From Bacteroidota bacterium (lineage in GTDB: Bacteria; Bacteroidota; Bacteroidia; UKL13-3), in NCBI GenBank assembly GCA_051715425.1, contig JBPXJS010000011.1:33581-97580 (forward strand): a DNA stretch of 64,000 nt, written 5' to 3'. Below the pieces are notes generated by a model that worked only from the letters and a program-made list of their open reading frames with translations, was not told the DNA's origin and ran no database searches. The position numbers and the translations under genes were made by a program. Of this stretch, positions 17,964-28,413 are shown piece after piece. Numbering within the stretch: the first letter of the stretch is position 1; every line of letters starts with the position of its first letter.

Positions 17964-20375
17964 ATGCTTATGAAACACACTAATTTTTACCACCAGCCTT
18001 TTATCAGGGTATCAGCTCTCCTTGTTATTTTTACATTATTGGTTCCGGCCGTTTCTTTTTCTCAGGATCTTATACAGGTTATCAGGGGAACGGTGGTTGA
18101 CAAAGAATCCCGAGAACCATTAATTGGTGCCACGGTTCAGGTTATTGGAGGCCCGGATGTAATTGGAACTGTTACCGATATTGATGGAAAATTCAGAATT
18201 GGCAATGTAACACTTGGACGTAAAACCATTAGAATAAGTTATATCGGATATGATGATGCTGTTTTAAGCGATATCATCGTTAACTCGGCTAAAGAAGTAG
18301 TTCTTCATATTGAATTACTCGAGAAGGTTACAAAGATGGAAGATGTGGTGATTAAAGCGAAGGCCAATAAGGCTGCTCCAAATAATGATCTGGTGCTCAT
18401 CAGTGGAAGGGTGTTCACCATTGATCAGGCAAACCGCTATGCCGGAGCATTGGCAGATCCTTCCCGCATGGCGGCTAATTTTGCGGGTGTTGCCGGAGGA
18501 GGAAATGATCAGCGAAATGATATTATCGTAAGAGGAAATACCACTTCCGGTTTATTATGGAGAATAGAGGGGGCTGATATTTTTAACCCAAATCATTTTT
18601 CTTCACAGGGTTCCAATGCGGGAGGTATTAGCATATTAAACAACAATACACTGAGTAATTCCGATTTTCTTACCGGGGCATTTCCTGCAGAGTACGGCAA
18701 TGCCATGGCTGGGGTATTTGACCTTAAAATGCGCAATGGCAATAACGAAAAACAGGAGTTTATTGGTCAGGTTGGGTTTAATGGGATTGAATTGCTGGCC
18801 GAAGGACCTATAAAAAAGAACGGGGCTTCATACCTGATTGCCTACCGTTATTCCACCTTTGCTTTTTTTGGAGCACTTGGCTTAAAGTTCGGAAGTAATG
18901 ATGTGGGTATTCCCTATTATCAGGATATTACATATAAAATTAATTTGCCAAAAACAAAACTCGGATCATTCAGTATCTGGGGACTCGGTGGTATGAGTTC
19001 TACCGAAATTCTTGATACTGAAAAAGACGAAGCAGAACGTAAAAAACTGGCTGATCCCAGAAATCAGTATTACTCAAGTAAAACGGGTACTGCTGGTATC
19101 ACCCATTCAATTATGCTTGGTAAAACAGCTTATATCAAAACCACCCTGTATGCCACAGGTGCCGATTATCGCGCTCAGGTTGATACCATCAGCAATAATA
19201 ATCAGGCATTTTATTTATATAATTCGGATTCAAAATATGGTAAGGCCGCAGTGCATAGTTTTATTAATAAAAAATGGAATGCCCGCCATTCGTTCCGTTA
19301 TGGTTTTATTGGTAACCGGTTGTTTGCCTATAGCAATGACAGTGTTTGGGTAACCGAATTAAACGGGTACCAATCTCAGTTTGATTTCTCGGAAAAAGCC
19401 TACCAGGCACAAACCTATTTAAACTGGAACTACAGAATTACAAATGACCTGGTATTAAACACCGGATTGCATTACAATTATTTTTTCTTTAACAACACAG
19501 CTTCTCTTGAACCCCGGGCCAGCATGAGATGGGCGTTTACACGCAGACAATCATTGAGTGTGGGTTATGGTTTGCACAGTCAGGTGCAGTCTCTCATCAC
19601 TTATAATGAGAAAACATTAATTGATACCCTTAACCGAAGTTATATATACACCAATCGAAATCTTGGAATGAATAAAAGCCATCATTTTGTATTGGGTTAT
19701 GAAAAGATGTTTGGTGAAGATATCCGTTTAAAGGTGGAAACATATTATCAGTATTTATTTAACCTGCCTGTAACCCAGTCACCCAATTATTTTTCGTCAA
19801 TTAATACTGGTTCCGATTACATTACCCCACATGTAGATAGTTTGGTAAATAATGGTGTGGGAAGAAATTACGGGGTTGAACTTACCCTGGAAAGATTTTT
19901 CAGTAAGGGTTATTATTACCTGATCACTACCTCACTCTATAAGTCGGAGTACAAGGCAAGTGATCAAAAATGGAGAAGCACAGCTTTTGACGGGAACTAT
20001 ATTTTTAATATGCTGGGAGGAAAAGAGTTTGCATTGCGTAAAAACAGGATATTGAGTATAAGCATTAAAGTTACCTATGCCGGATCCAGAAGATATGTAC
20101 CTATTCTGGAGCAGGAATCTGCAAAAAAGGGAGAGGCTGTTTATGATGAGGATAAAGCTTTTGAGCTTCGTCTGAAGGATTTTTTCAGAACAGACCTTAA
20201 AATCGGGTTTAAGATAAATGGCAAACGGGTAACCCAGGAGTTTGCATTAGACCTGCAGAATATGTTTAATACCCAAAATGTGCTCACTAAACAATTTAAT
20301 CCGCGTTCCGGTAAGGTAGAAAACCTTTACCAGATTGGAATTTTCCCGATACCCCTCTACCGGATTTATTTCTGA
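17964..20375 (+). CDS. TonB-dependent receptor-family outer membrane protein with N-terminal CarboxypepD_reg domain (paralog 1)
   Basis: 803 aa. Signal peptide, carboxypeptidase-regulatory-like motif (IRGTVVDKESREPLIGATVQV...TDIDGKFRI), plug-like segment (DPSRMAANFAGV...IIVRGN) and a terminal aromatic residue (YRIYF). Confidence 0.75.
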   Translation: MLMKHTNFYHQPFIRVSALLVIFTLLVPAVSFSQDLIQVIRGTVVDKESREPLIGATVQVIGGPDVIGTVTDIDGKFRIGNVTLGRKTIRISYIGYDDAVLSDIIVNSAKEVVLHIELLEKVTKMEDVVIKAKANKAAPNNDLVLISGRVFTIDQANRYAGALADPSRMAANFAGVAGGGNDQRNDIIVRGNTTSGLLWRIEGADIFNPNHFSSQGSNAGGISILNNNTLSNSDFLTGAFPAEYGNAMAGVFDLKMRNGNNEKQEFIGQVGFNGIELLAEGPIKKNGASYLIAYRYSTFAFFGALGLKFGSNDVGIPYYQDITYKINLPKTKLGSFSIWGLGGMSSTEILDTEKDEAERKKLADPRNQYYSSKTGTAGITHSIMLGKTAYIKTTLYATGADYRAQVDTISNNNQAFYLYNSDSKYGKAAVHSFINKKWNARHSFRYGFIGNRLFAYSNDSVWVTELNGYQSQFDFSEKAYQAQTYLNWNYRITNDLVLNTGLHYNYFFFNNTASLEPRASMRWAFTRRQSLSVGYGLHSQVQSLITYNEKTLIDTLNRSYIYTNRNLGMNKSHHFVLGYEKMFGEDIRLKVETYYQYLFNLPVTQSPNYFSSINTGSDYITPHVDSLVNNGVGRNYGVELTLERFFSKGYYYLITTSLYKSEYKASDQKWRSTAFDGNYIFNMLGGKEFALRKNRILSISIKVTYAGSRRYVPILEQESAKKGEAVYDEDKAFELRLKDFFRTDLKIGFKINGKRVTQEFALDLQNMFNTQNVLTKQFNPRSGKVENLYQIGIFPIPLYRIYF

Positions 20376-20515
20376 TCGGGTAGTCCGGTACAATATTTCC
20401 CTGTCTTTTCGTCCGGCTGTTTATACGTTTCATCGTTCCGGAATTCCATTTTATCGGCACCCGCTGTTTTCATATCATCCTTAGGTACACATTTGCATCA
20501 CAAACCTATACTGAT

Positions 20516-22945
20516 ATGAAATTGACCAGACTGCTACCAAACCTTACATTTGCTGCCATATTTAACCTGTTTGGCACCATTATGAGAGGAATTTTTACCC
20601 TATTATTTATTAGCGCCCTGTTTATAGAAGCAGATGCACAGCAGAGCACCCAAACCATCAGAGGGCGCATTATTGATCAGGAAAGCAGGCAACCATTAAT
20701 CGGGGCAACAGTTGTAATTTTAAACGGTGGTTTAGTTGGTGGCGGAACAACAGATATTGACGGTAACTTTAAAATAGATCAGGTGCCACTTGGCCGCAAA
20801 ACACTAAAGGCTACTTATATCGGATACGAAGCGTTAACGGTTCCTGATATTATTGTTACAGCCGGTAAAGAAGTGGTTCTTACCCTTACCATGACAGAGG
20901 CGGTTACTAAAATGAATGAGGTAACAATTACATACGACAGAAAAAAGGATGTAACAGTTACCAATAATGAAATGGCCACAGTGAGCTCCAGATCGTTTAA
21001 TCCGGATGATACCAAAAAGTATGCAGGTGCTCTTGGCGACCCGAGTCGTATGGCAGCTAATTTTGCTGGTGTTGTTGCCGGAAACGATAGCCGGAATGAT
21101 ATTGTGGTGCGCGGAAATTCTCCTAATGCCATGTTATGGCAACTCGAGGGAGTTAACATTTTTAATCCCAATCACTTTGGAAGCAATTTTAATACCGGTG
21201 GTCCGGTAAGCATGCTCAATGCCAACAATATTGGTAAATCAGATTTTTTTACCAGCGCTTTCCCCGCTCAGTATGGCAATGCCAATGGTGGTGTTTTTGA
21301 TCTGGTGATGCGTGAAGGAAATAATGAGAAAAGAGAGTATGTGGCTCAGATAGGATTTAATGGTTTCGAATTGGGTGCTGAAGGCCCGTTTAGTAAAAAA
21401 TCTAAAGCCTCTTTTATCTTTAATTACAGGTACTCTACCCTTGGTGTGATGAAAGCCTTTGGTGTAGATGTGGGAACAGGTGCCGCAGTGCCTTTATATC
21501 AGGATATGAATTTTAAAATGGCCTTCCCATTAAAGAATAAAGGAAAGATCACGGTATTTGGTATGGGTGGTATCAGCGCCATTGATTTATTGGCCAAAGA
21601 TGTTGATACCAGCGGTGTTGATTTTTATGGCGATATAAACAGCAACCAATACCCTCGTTATGGTAAATTGATTACCGGTGCTGCTTACGAAAAAAACCTT
21701 ACCTCAAAAACATGGGCAAAACTTACCCTTGCCGGCAGTTACTCCAATGATTATTATAAAGCTGATAGCATTAGTCTGCCTTCAGAAACAACATATATCA
21801 GGTCGAAAGGGGAGTTTATTGATAAGAAGTACTCCGTGGTTTTTAATCTTACCCATAAGTTTAATGCAAAAAATTCTTTGAATGCAGGAGTTAGTAACGA
21901 CATTACTTTTTTTGATTATAGCAATACCGACTACTATAACCTAGGTATCACCGATTCTGTCAGGGTTAAACAAAATGGTTCAGTTAACCTTACACAGGCT
22001 TATGTGCAATTTAAACACCGGTTTAATGCCCGCTTATCAGCTACTGTTGGTTTACACGGACAGTATTTTAATATCAATAAACAGGCTGTTGCCGAACCAC
22101 GCTTCGGACTCCGTTTTGCTATTGATGATAAGTCGAGTATCAATGCCGGTTATGGTTTGCATCATCAAACATTGCCCATTTATAATTTGTTTGTAAAGGA
22201 TATGAATGGCGATGAACCTAATAAAAAACTGGATTTTATGAGGTCAAATCATTTTGTATTGGGTTATGAAAGATTATTGGGAACAAGCATGAAGTTTAAA
22301 CTCGAAACCTATTACCAGGTGGTAGATCAGGTTCCGGTGAATACGTACCCATCTTCCTTTTCTATGATGAATGTGGGGGCTTCATTTGACCCGAATGATG
22401 ATGCTTATCTGGAGAATAAAGGTACAGGAACAAATTATGGGGTAGAGCTTACACTGGAAAGATACTTTAACAAAGGATTTTATTTTCTGATTACAGGCTC
22501 ATTGTTTGATAGCAAATACAAAGGCAGTGACGGAATTGAAAGAAACACGGCATTTAATTCCAGGTATGCAGCAAACGCATTGGCCGGTAAAGAATTTAAA
22601 GTGGGTAAAAAGGGTACCGTTATTTATGCCAATCTTAAGTTTACCACCATTGGCGGAAGATATTTTACCCCTGTTGATCTGGCTGCCTCACAACAAAAAG
22701 GAGAGGCTGTGTATGATAAGAGCAAAGCATTTAGTGTGCAACAAACAGAATATTTCAGGGCTGACGTAAAAGTGGGTTACCGCATGGATTTTAAACGCAG
22801 CTCTATGGAATTTGCCGTTGACTTTCAGAACGTAAGTAATAACAAAAATATCTTTTCGCAAGGCTATAATAAAAGAACAAACAGCATTTCTACTGAATAC
22901 CAGCAAGGCTTTTTCCCGGTACCAACATTCAGGTATACCTTTTGA
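20516..22945 (+). CDS. TonB-dependent receptor-family outer membrane protein with N-terminal CarboxypepD_reg domain (paralog 2)
   Basis: 809 aa, collinear with the upstream gene (IRGRIIDQESRQPLIGATVVI, DPSRMAANFAGV, ends FRYTF). An alternative start at 20582 gives a cleaner signal peptide (MRGIFTLLFISALFIEADAQ). Confidence 0.75.
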   Translation: MKLTRLLPNLTFAAIFNLFGTIMRGIFTLLFISALFIEADAQQSTQTIRGRIIDQESRQPLIGATVVILNGGLVGGGTTDIDGNFKIDQVPLGRKTLKATYIGYEALTVPDIIVTAGKEVVLTLTMTEAVTKMNEVTITYDRKKDVTVTNNEMATVSSRSFNPDDTKKYAGALGDPSRMAANFAGVVAGNDSRNDIVVRGNSPNAMLWQLEGVNIFNPNHFGSNFNTGGPVSMLNANNIGKSDFFTSAFPAQYGNANGGVFDLVMREGNNEKREYVAQIGFNGFELGAEGPFSKKSKASFIFNYRYSTLGVMKAFGVDVGTGAAVPLYQDMNFKMAFPLKNKGKITVFGMGGISAIDLLAKDVDTSGVDFYGDINSNQYPRYGKLITGAAYEKNLTSKTWAKLTLAGSYSNDYYKADSISLPSETTYIRSKGEFIDKKYSVVFNLTHKFNAKNSLNAGVSNDITFFDYSNTDYYNLGITDSVRVKQNGSVNLTQAYVQFKHRFNARLSATVGLHGQYFNINKQAVAEPRFGLRFAIDDKSSINAGYGLHHQTLPIYNLFVKDMNGDEPNKKLDFMRSNHFVLGYERLLGTSMKFKLETYYQVVDQVPVNTYPSSFSMMNVGASFDPNDDAYLENKGTGTNYGVELTLERYFNKGFYFLITGSLFDSKYKGSDGIERNTAFNSRYAANALAGKEFKVGKKGTVIYANLKFTTIGGRYFTPVDLAASQQKGEAVYDKSKAFSVQQTEYFRADVKVGYRMDFKRSSMEFAVDFQNVSNNKNIFSQGYNKRTNSISTEYQQGFFPVPTFRYTF

Positions 22946-23008
22946 TTTTAAGAACCCACTGAATAATGATGGGATTTTAGTTACCTTGGTAATTAGGGAT
23001 ATACATTC

Positions 23009-24043
23009 ATGGCATATACAAACAAAACCGGACCTGATTTTTTTGACAGAAGAGACCTGCTCATCAGGCATGGTATTATTTTTCTACTCTCTGTATTTTT
23101 CGGGGTAATAGGGAAACATGCCCAAAGCAGCGGTGAGATTATCAGAAATATCATTTCAGATATGATCTATATTTCTATTATCTGGAACGGTAATATAGCC
23201 ATTATTAATCTGGAAGACCGCCTGCTTTCATGGGACAACAACCTGAGGTTAAAACTCATTTCCAATTCCATTATTGCTGTTTTGTGGCCTACCCTGATTC
23301 ATTACCTGTATAATATATACCTTTTCCCTATCATCAATGGTCATCCATGCGACCTCACTTCCAAAGAGAATATTACCTATCTGGTAACGAGTGTAGTAAT
23401 TACCATGTTTATAAACAGTGTTTTTGTTGCAACCGCATTTTTCAGATTCTGGAAAAGAACCCTTTTGGAAAAGGAGGAATTGAAGCGAGACAGCATTTCA
23501 GCGGAGTTTGAAACCTTAAAAAATCAGATTAACCCACATTTTCTTTTTAATTCATTAAACACCCTTACCAGTTTAATTGAAGAAAACCCAAACATGGCCA
23601 CCAATTTTGTTCAAAAACTTTCCAGTGTTTATCGGTATGTGCTTAGCCAAAAGGATAAGGAAAAGGTAAGTCTGGAAGAGGAATTGCAGTTTATTGAGGC
23701 CTATGTTTATCTCAATAAAATAAGATTTGGAGAGAACCTGAACGTAACTATTCAAACAGACGAGATATCAGGGAAAAAGGAAATAGCTACGCTGGCTTTG
23801 CAAATGTTATTGGAGAATGCCATTAAGCATAATATCATTTCTTCTAAAAATCCGCTACATATTGTGATTAAAGCTGCGGGAGATAAGGTAGAAGTTAGAA
23901 ATAACCTGCAACGCAAAACCCATGTGGAAAGCAATGGCATAGGATTAAATAATATTGTGCACCGTTATAGTTTTTTAAGTAAACAACCGGTGGAAATAGA
24001 AGAGGAAACAAATGAATTTGTGGTAAAATTACCGCTGTTATAG
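23009..24043 (+). CDS. LytS/YehU-type sensor histidine kinase (His_kinase PF06580-like)
   Basis: Several N-terminal TM helices, then the INPHFLFNSLNTL H-box and a HATPase region (LLENAIKHN). Confidence 0.85.
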   Translation: MAYTNKTGPDFFDRRDLLIRHGIIFLLSVFFGVIGKHAQSSGEIIRNIISDMIYISIIWNGNIAIINLEDRLLSWDNNLRLKLISNSIIAVLWPTLIHYLYNIYLFPIINGHPCDLTSKENITYLVTSVVITMFINSVFVATAFFRFWKRTLLEKEELKRDSISAEFETLKNQINPHFLFNSLNTLTSLIEENPNMATNFVQKLSSVYRYVLSQKDKEKVSLEEELQFIEAYVYLNKIRFGENLNVTIQTDEISGKKEIATLALQMLLENAIKHNIISSKNPLHIVIKAAGDKVEVRNNLQRKTHVESNGIGLNNIVHRYSFLSKQPVEIEEETNEFVVKLPLL

Positions 24044-24046
24044 AAC

Positions 24047-24808
24047 ATGAAAATTGTAATTGTTGAAGATGAAGTACCTGCCCTTAACCGCTTGAAAAAG
24101 CTGGTGACTGCTGTTGAACCGGAAGCCCATATTATTGCTACAGCAGATAGTATTGAATCAGCGGTAGAGATATTTTCCAATCATGCGGATATTGATCTTG
24201 CCTTAATGGATATTGAACTTGCCGATGGACGTAGTTTCGATATTTTTAAACAGGTAACAGTAAACTGCCCTGTAATCTTTACCACGGCTTATGATGAGTT
24301 TGCATTACAGGCTTTTAAGGTGAACAGCATAGACTACCTGCTAAAGCCGGTTGATACGGAGTTGTTAAAACAGGCAATTGAAAAGTTTAAGAGGCTTAGA
24401 AAGGAAAAGGGGACTATTCCTGATTTGAGTCATCTGCTGATGCAGTTACAACAGCCTCATCCCACAACCTATAAATCAAGGTTTTTGTTAAAGGTAGGTG
24501 TTAAATGGATATCTCAGCCGGTAGAATCTATAGCTTATTTTTTTGCTGCCGATAAATCAGTTTACCTGGTTACCAAGGGTAATCAGAAATATATTATGGA
24601 CGAATCGCTGGATCAGTTAAATGCCTTGCTGGATCCGAAATTGTTCTATCATGCAAGTCGTCAGTTTATCCTTTCCTATTCCTGCATCCAAAGCGTAAAC
24701 AGCTACTTCAATGGTAAATTGAAAGTGGAAATAAATCCAGCGGTAACAGAAGAAGTTACAGTAAGCAGAGAGAAATCTGCAGATTTTAAAAAGTGGCTTG
24801 ATCGTTAA
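24047..24808 (+). CDS. LytR/AlgR (LytTR DNA-binding) family response regulator
   Basis: REC domain (MKIVIVEDE..., LALMDIELADG) plus a C-terminal LytTR-like domain. The gene starts 3 nt after the kinase gene. Confidence 0.85.
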   Translation: MKIVIVEDEVPALNRLKKLVTAVEPEAHIIATADSIESAVEIFSNHADIDLALMDIELADGRSFDIFKQVTVNCPVIFTTAYDEFALQAFKVNSIDYLLKPVDTELLKQAIEKFKRLRKEKGTIPDLSHLLMQLQQPHPTTYKSRFLLKVGVKWISQPVESIAYFFAADKSVYLVTKGNQKYIMDESLDQLNALLDPKLFYHASRQFILSYSCIQSVNSYFNGKLKVEINPAVTEEVTVSREKSADFKKWLDR

Positions 24809-25845
24809 TTCCAGTTGTAATTAAAATCGATCATTTTGGTTCTTCTTGTAATTTTATGTGCAGCACCAAACCAGCCCAGTGCCCTTACTTTTGACTTAGG
24901 GTTTAAAGGAAAAATATTAGATGGAACATTGGAAACCGGCTCTGCAAATAAGCCGGCAAATCCACCACCGGTGCCATTGGTAAGTTCCTTTTTTAACCTC
25001 ACATAAAAATAAAGTTGTTCCCTGGTAATACTGTATACTTCTACTTTAATAGAATCTCCGGGATAGTAAGCAGGCCTTTTAGCCAGTTCTTCTTCCACTA
25101 TATTAATGGAGCGCCTCAGCGGAAAGTTAAATGCCGACTCAATATCAATCTGGGCATTAGGAGAGTTTTCGCCTCCGGTTGATTCACTTACCACCTGAAA
25201 ATTGCGGATCTGATCATAATATAACCAGCCTGTATTAGGAGATTCCCTGTAATATGGGTTTTCATTTACCGGATTTCTTTTTACATAAAATTTCATGCGG
25301 TAACTGTCTCCCAATCCGGCCGGATCTATCGGCTTCATTTCAACATATCCCCAGCCTTCCGGTATGGGTCCACCCGGACCATTGCTGCGCTCAGTTAGTA
25401 TCGTGGTATAGAAACTATCTTTATCAAAAATTACGGGTCTGTTAATTTTAGATTGGGATATCAAGGTATCGCCCTCAGGAAGTTTAATCAGCAAAATATA
25501 AGTTCCGTTTGGTTTAGGAACAGTGGTAGTTGTTACATAATTTCCATTTCCAAGATTGGTGCACAAATCAATTACCAGGCTGCCATTGGTGGTATCAATG
25601 ATGGCTACTTCGGCATTTCCCACTTTTTCCGGCTCCCCGTTAAACAGGTATGGAACAGAACGGCTAATTTTAATGGTATCCTTAATCAGTTTTAAAGGAT
25701 CTTCCGGATCGTACACAATCATGCCTTCCACCACGTATTGGCTTTCTCCTTCATCGCCATCAATATCTACAGGTTCAACACAGCCCGCAAAAACAACAAG
25801 GGTCAAAGCAAGCAATAAATTAATTTTAACTTTTATCGTTTTCAT
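24805..25845 (-). CDS. DUF4249-like lipoprotein (partner of the adjacent TonB-dependent receptor)
   Basis: Lipobox (VFAGC), 346 aa, immediately downstream of a CarboxypepD_reg TonB-dependent receptor. This is the usual DUF4249 context. The family name is from memory. Confidence 0.55.
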   Translation of the reverse strand: MKTIKVKINLLLALTLVVFAGCVEPVDIDGDEGESQYVVEGMIVYDPEDPLKLIKDTIKISRSVPYLFNGEPEKVGNAEVAIIDTTNGSLVIDLCTNLGNGNYVTTTTVPKPNGTYILLIKLPEGDTLISQSKINRPVIFDKDSFYTTILTERSNGPGGPIPEGWGYVEMKPIDPAGLGDSYRMKFYVKRNPVNENPYYRESPNTGWLYYDQIRNFQVVSESTGGENSPNAQIDIESAFNFPLRRSINIVEEELAKRPAYYPGDSIKVEVYSITREQLYFYVRLKKELTNGTGGGFAGLFAEPVSNVPSNIFPLNPKSKVRALGWFGAAHKITRRTKMIDFNYNWN

Positions 25846-25854
25846 GCTCTATGG

Positions 25855-28257
25855 TTAAAATTTAAAGTTATAGGTAAATGCAGGAATAGGAACAGCAAAA
25901 AGAGAGAACTGAACCATCTCGGTAACCCGGGTAGAATTCTCAGCAACACGCGGATATACAGCAAATGCATTTTTCCGGCCCAGTACATTGTACACACCAA
26001 AAATAATTTCCCATTCGTAGGTATGTTTTATTCTTTTGAAAAAGGACTTTGGCATTACTTCAGGTTTTTTACGCTCCTTACTTTTTACACTTGCAGTAAG
26101 ATCTATGCGGAAAAAGTCGGGTATGCGGATATTGTTGCGTGGCGCATTGGGATTATGTGGTACACCAAATCCTTCATAAATAAATTTATTGCTTGGCAGG
26201 TTCACAGGCGACCCGCTGCTGTATACGGTTGTGCTGTTAATGGTCCAGCGTTTATTCAAATCATAACTCACAATCAGATTCAGGTTATGTAGTTTATCAA
26301 AGCGGGTGGGGTACCAGTTACCGTCATTTATTTCCTCCACCTGACGTTCTGTTCTGGCAATGGTATAACTAATAAAACCATTCAGTTTACCTGTGTTTTT
26401 CTTTACATAAAATTCAAGTCCAAAAGCACGGCCTTTGCCACTTAGCAGTTGCCCTTCAAGGTAAGGATTTAATAAAAGGTCAGCTCCATCAATATAATCA
26501 ATCTGGTTTTGCATGGTTTTATAATAGGCTTCTACCGATGTTTCATAATCACTGTTGGCACCAAAATTTTTAAAGTACCCCAAAGCAACCTGATCAGATA
26601 ATTGTGGTTTTATATTATTTGTGCTGGTGGTCCAAACATCCAGCGGAATGGATGCAGCCGTATTGGAAATGAGGTGAACGTATTGCGTGGTGCGCATATA
26701 ACTTGCCTTTATACTGCTGCTGGCATTTATTTCATATTTTACGGATGCACGTGGCTCCAGGTTATTATATGATTGTATGCTTTCAAACCGGTCGAAAGAA
26801 TCGGTACTGTTCAGGTATTTTCCAAACAAGGTAAAACTATCGGCATAGTTTTGTTTAATCCCTTTTCCTAAATAATGAAAGTTGGAAAAACGCAATCCGT
26901 AAGTAACAGACCAGCGTGAGTTAATGGTTTGTTCATTTGAAATATACAAGGCATTCTCCAGGGCATATTTGTTTGGAAGGGTAATTTTTTGTTCCACTCC
27001 TTCGCTTTTAAAACTGGCTGTTCCAGGTTCAAATTGATAATAGATACTTTGACCACCAATATTAAACATGTTTTTATTGTTCATATACCAGGTAAAATCC
27101 TGTTTCACACTATAGTTAATAATTCGTGATGTCCAGTTAAATCCATCTCTGGCTCCGATTACACTGGCACCAATTCCGTAATCGTAATTGCTGTAAAAGG
27201 CAGTGGTATTACTAAAAAGTTTATTACTAAAGAGGTGATTCCATCTGGCTGTTAGTGTAGAATTACCCCAATTAAATCCGAATTGGGCAATACCAAAAAC
27301 ATCTCTTCCAAGATAGCCGGAAAGAAATACCTTGTCTTTTTCGCCTATGCTGTAGTTTGCTTTAAGGGTAAGGTCATAAAAATACAATTGCAGCCCTTTA
27401 AAGTCCGGATCACCTGCCAGAAAAGGAGCAGCAAGTACATCTCCGTAACTTCTGCGTCCTGCAATAATAAAAGAGCCTTTATCTTTATAAATGGGACCCT
27501 CCAGGGTAAGGCGGGAGAAAATTAAACCAATTCCACCCTGGGCGGCAAACTCTTTTTTGTTGCCTTCTTTTAAACGCACATCTAAAATAGAAGAGAGACG
27601 CCCTCCATATTTTGCATTAATTCCACCCTTATACAGTTTCACATCTTTTACCGCATCCGGATTAAAAACGGAGAAAAAACCAAACAAATGTGATGAGTTA
27701 TAAACCGGAGCCTCATCAAGCAGAATCATATTCTGATCAATACTGCCACCACGCACATTAAAACCAGAAGCTCCTTCACCAACAGTACTTACACCAGGTA
27801 ATAGTTGAATACTTCTTACTAAATCAACCTCACCCAATAATGCTGGTATCTTGCTGATGGTTTTCATATCAAGTTTAATCACCGACATCTCATTGCGTGT
27901 TATATTTTCATCTTTCCGTTCGGCCGTAATATTTACTTCGTTTAACTCTTTTGTGGCTGGTAATAACTCAAAATTAAGTTTGAGGTTTGCCGTTAGCGTA
28001 ATCTCTTTGGTGATGGTTTGATAACCTATATATTGACATAATATGGTATATGTTCCACCTGGAAGTGATATGGAATAATAGCCATACTCATTGCTTACCA
28101 CCCCTATATTTTTATCCTTCACTATCACGGTAGCTCCAATCAGTTCTTCTCCTGTTTTCCCGTCTTTAAGGTATCCGTTAACATTATATTTTTGTTGCGC
28201 AAACAAAACGGGTATGCAGCCTAAAATAAAAAGTATAAAGAGAAACGTTTTTTTCAT
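25855..28257 (-). CDS. TonB-dependent receptor with CarboxypepD_reg domain and Plug
   Basis: 800 aa. Carries YNVNGYLKDGKTGEELIGATVIV and plug motifs (LVRSIQLLPGVSTVGEGASGFNVRGG, ILLDEAPVYN), and ends FTYNFKF. Confidence 0.85.
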   Translation of the reverse strand: MKKTFLFILFILGCIPVLFAQQKYNVNGYLKDGKTGEELIGATVIVKDKNIGVVSNEYGYYSISLPGGTYTILCQYIGYQTITKEITLTANLKLNFELLPATKELNEVNITAERKDENITRNEMSVIKLDMKTISKIPALLGEVDLVRSIQLLPGVSTVGEGASGFNVRGGSIDQNMILLDEAPVYNSSHLFGFFSVFNPDAVKDVKLYKGGINAKYGGRLSSILDVRLKEGNKKEFAAQGGIGLIFSRLTLEGPIYKDKGSFIIAGRRSYGDVLAAPFLAGDPDFKGLQLYFYDLTLKANYSIGEKDKVFLSGYLGRDVFGIAQFGFNWGNSTLTARWNHLFSNKLFSNTTAFYSNYDYGIGASVIGARDGFNWTSRIINYSVKQDFTWYMNNKNMFNIGGQSIYYQFEPGTASFKSEGVEQKITLPNKYALENALYISNEQTINSRWSVTYGLRFSNFHYLGKGIKQNYADSFTLFGKYLNSTDSFDRFESIQSYNNLEPRASVKYEINASSSIKASYMRTTQYVHLISNTAASIPLDVWTTSTNNIKPQLSDQVALGYFKNFGANSDYETSVEAYYKTMQNQIDYIDGADLLLNPYLEGQLLSGKGRAFGLEFYVKKNTGKLNGFISYTIARTERQVEEINDGNWYPTRFDKLHNLNLIVSYDLNKRWTINSTTVYSSGSPVNLPSNKFIYEGFGVPHNPNAPRNNIRIPDFFRIDLTASVKSKERKKPEVMPKSFFKRIKHTYEWEIIFGVYNVLGRKNAFAVYPRVAENSTRVTEMVQFSLFAVPIPAFTYNFKF

Positions 28258-28344
28258 AGAAGTAATTTAACGATGCGGTAGGAGCTTTGGTTTAATAACA
28301 ACAAATATGCAATAGTGTTTGAGTGAACATCAAAGAAGGAGTGT

Positions 28345-28379
28345 TAAAAAAGGTAAACCGCAATAACCAATCGGTTAAC
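28345..28379 (-). terminator. Possible terminator after the cpsB-like gene
   Basis: On the minus strand: GTTAACCG ... CGGTTTAC (8-bp stem, one mismatch) followed by CTTTTTT. Confidence 0.3.
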
Positions 28380-28413
28380 AAACGCCCCGTATAGATTAAA
28401 ATCTTAAATAATA

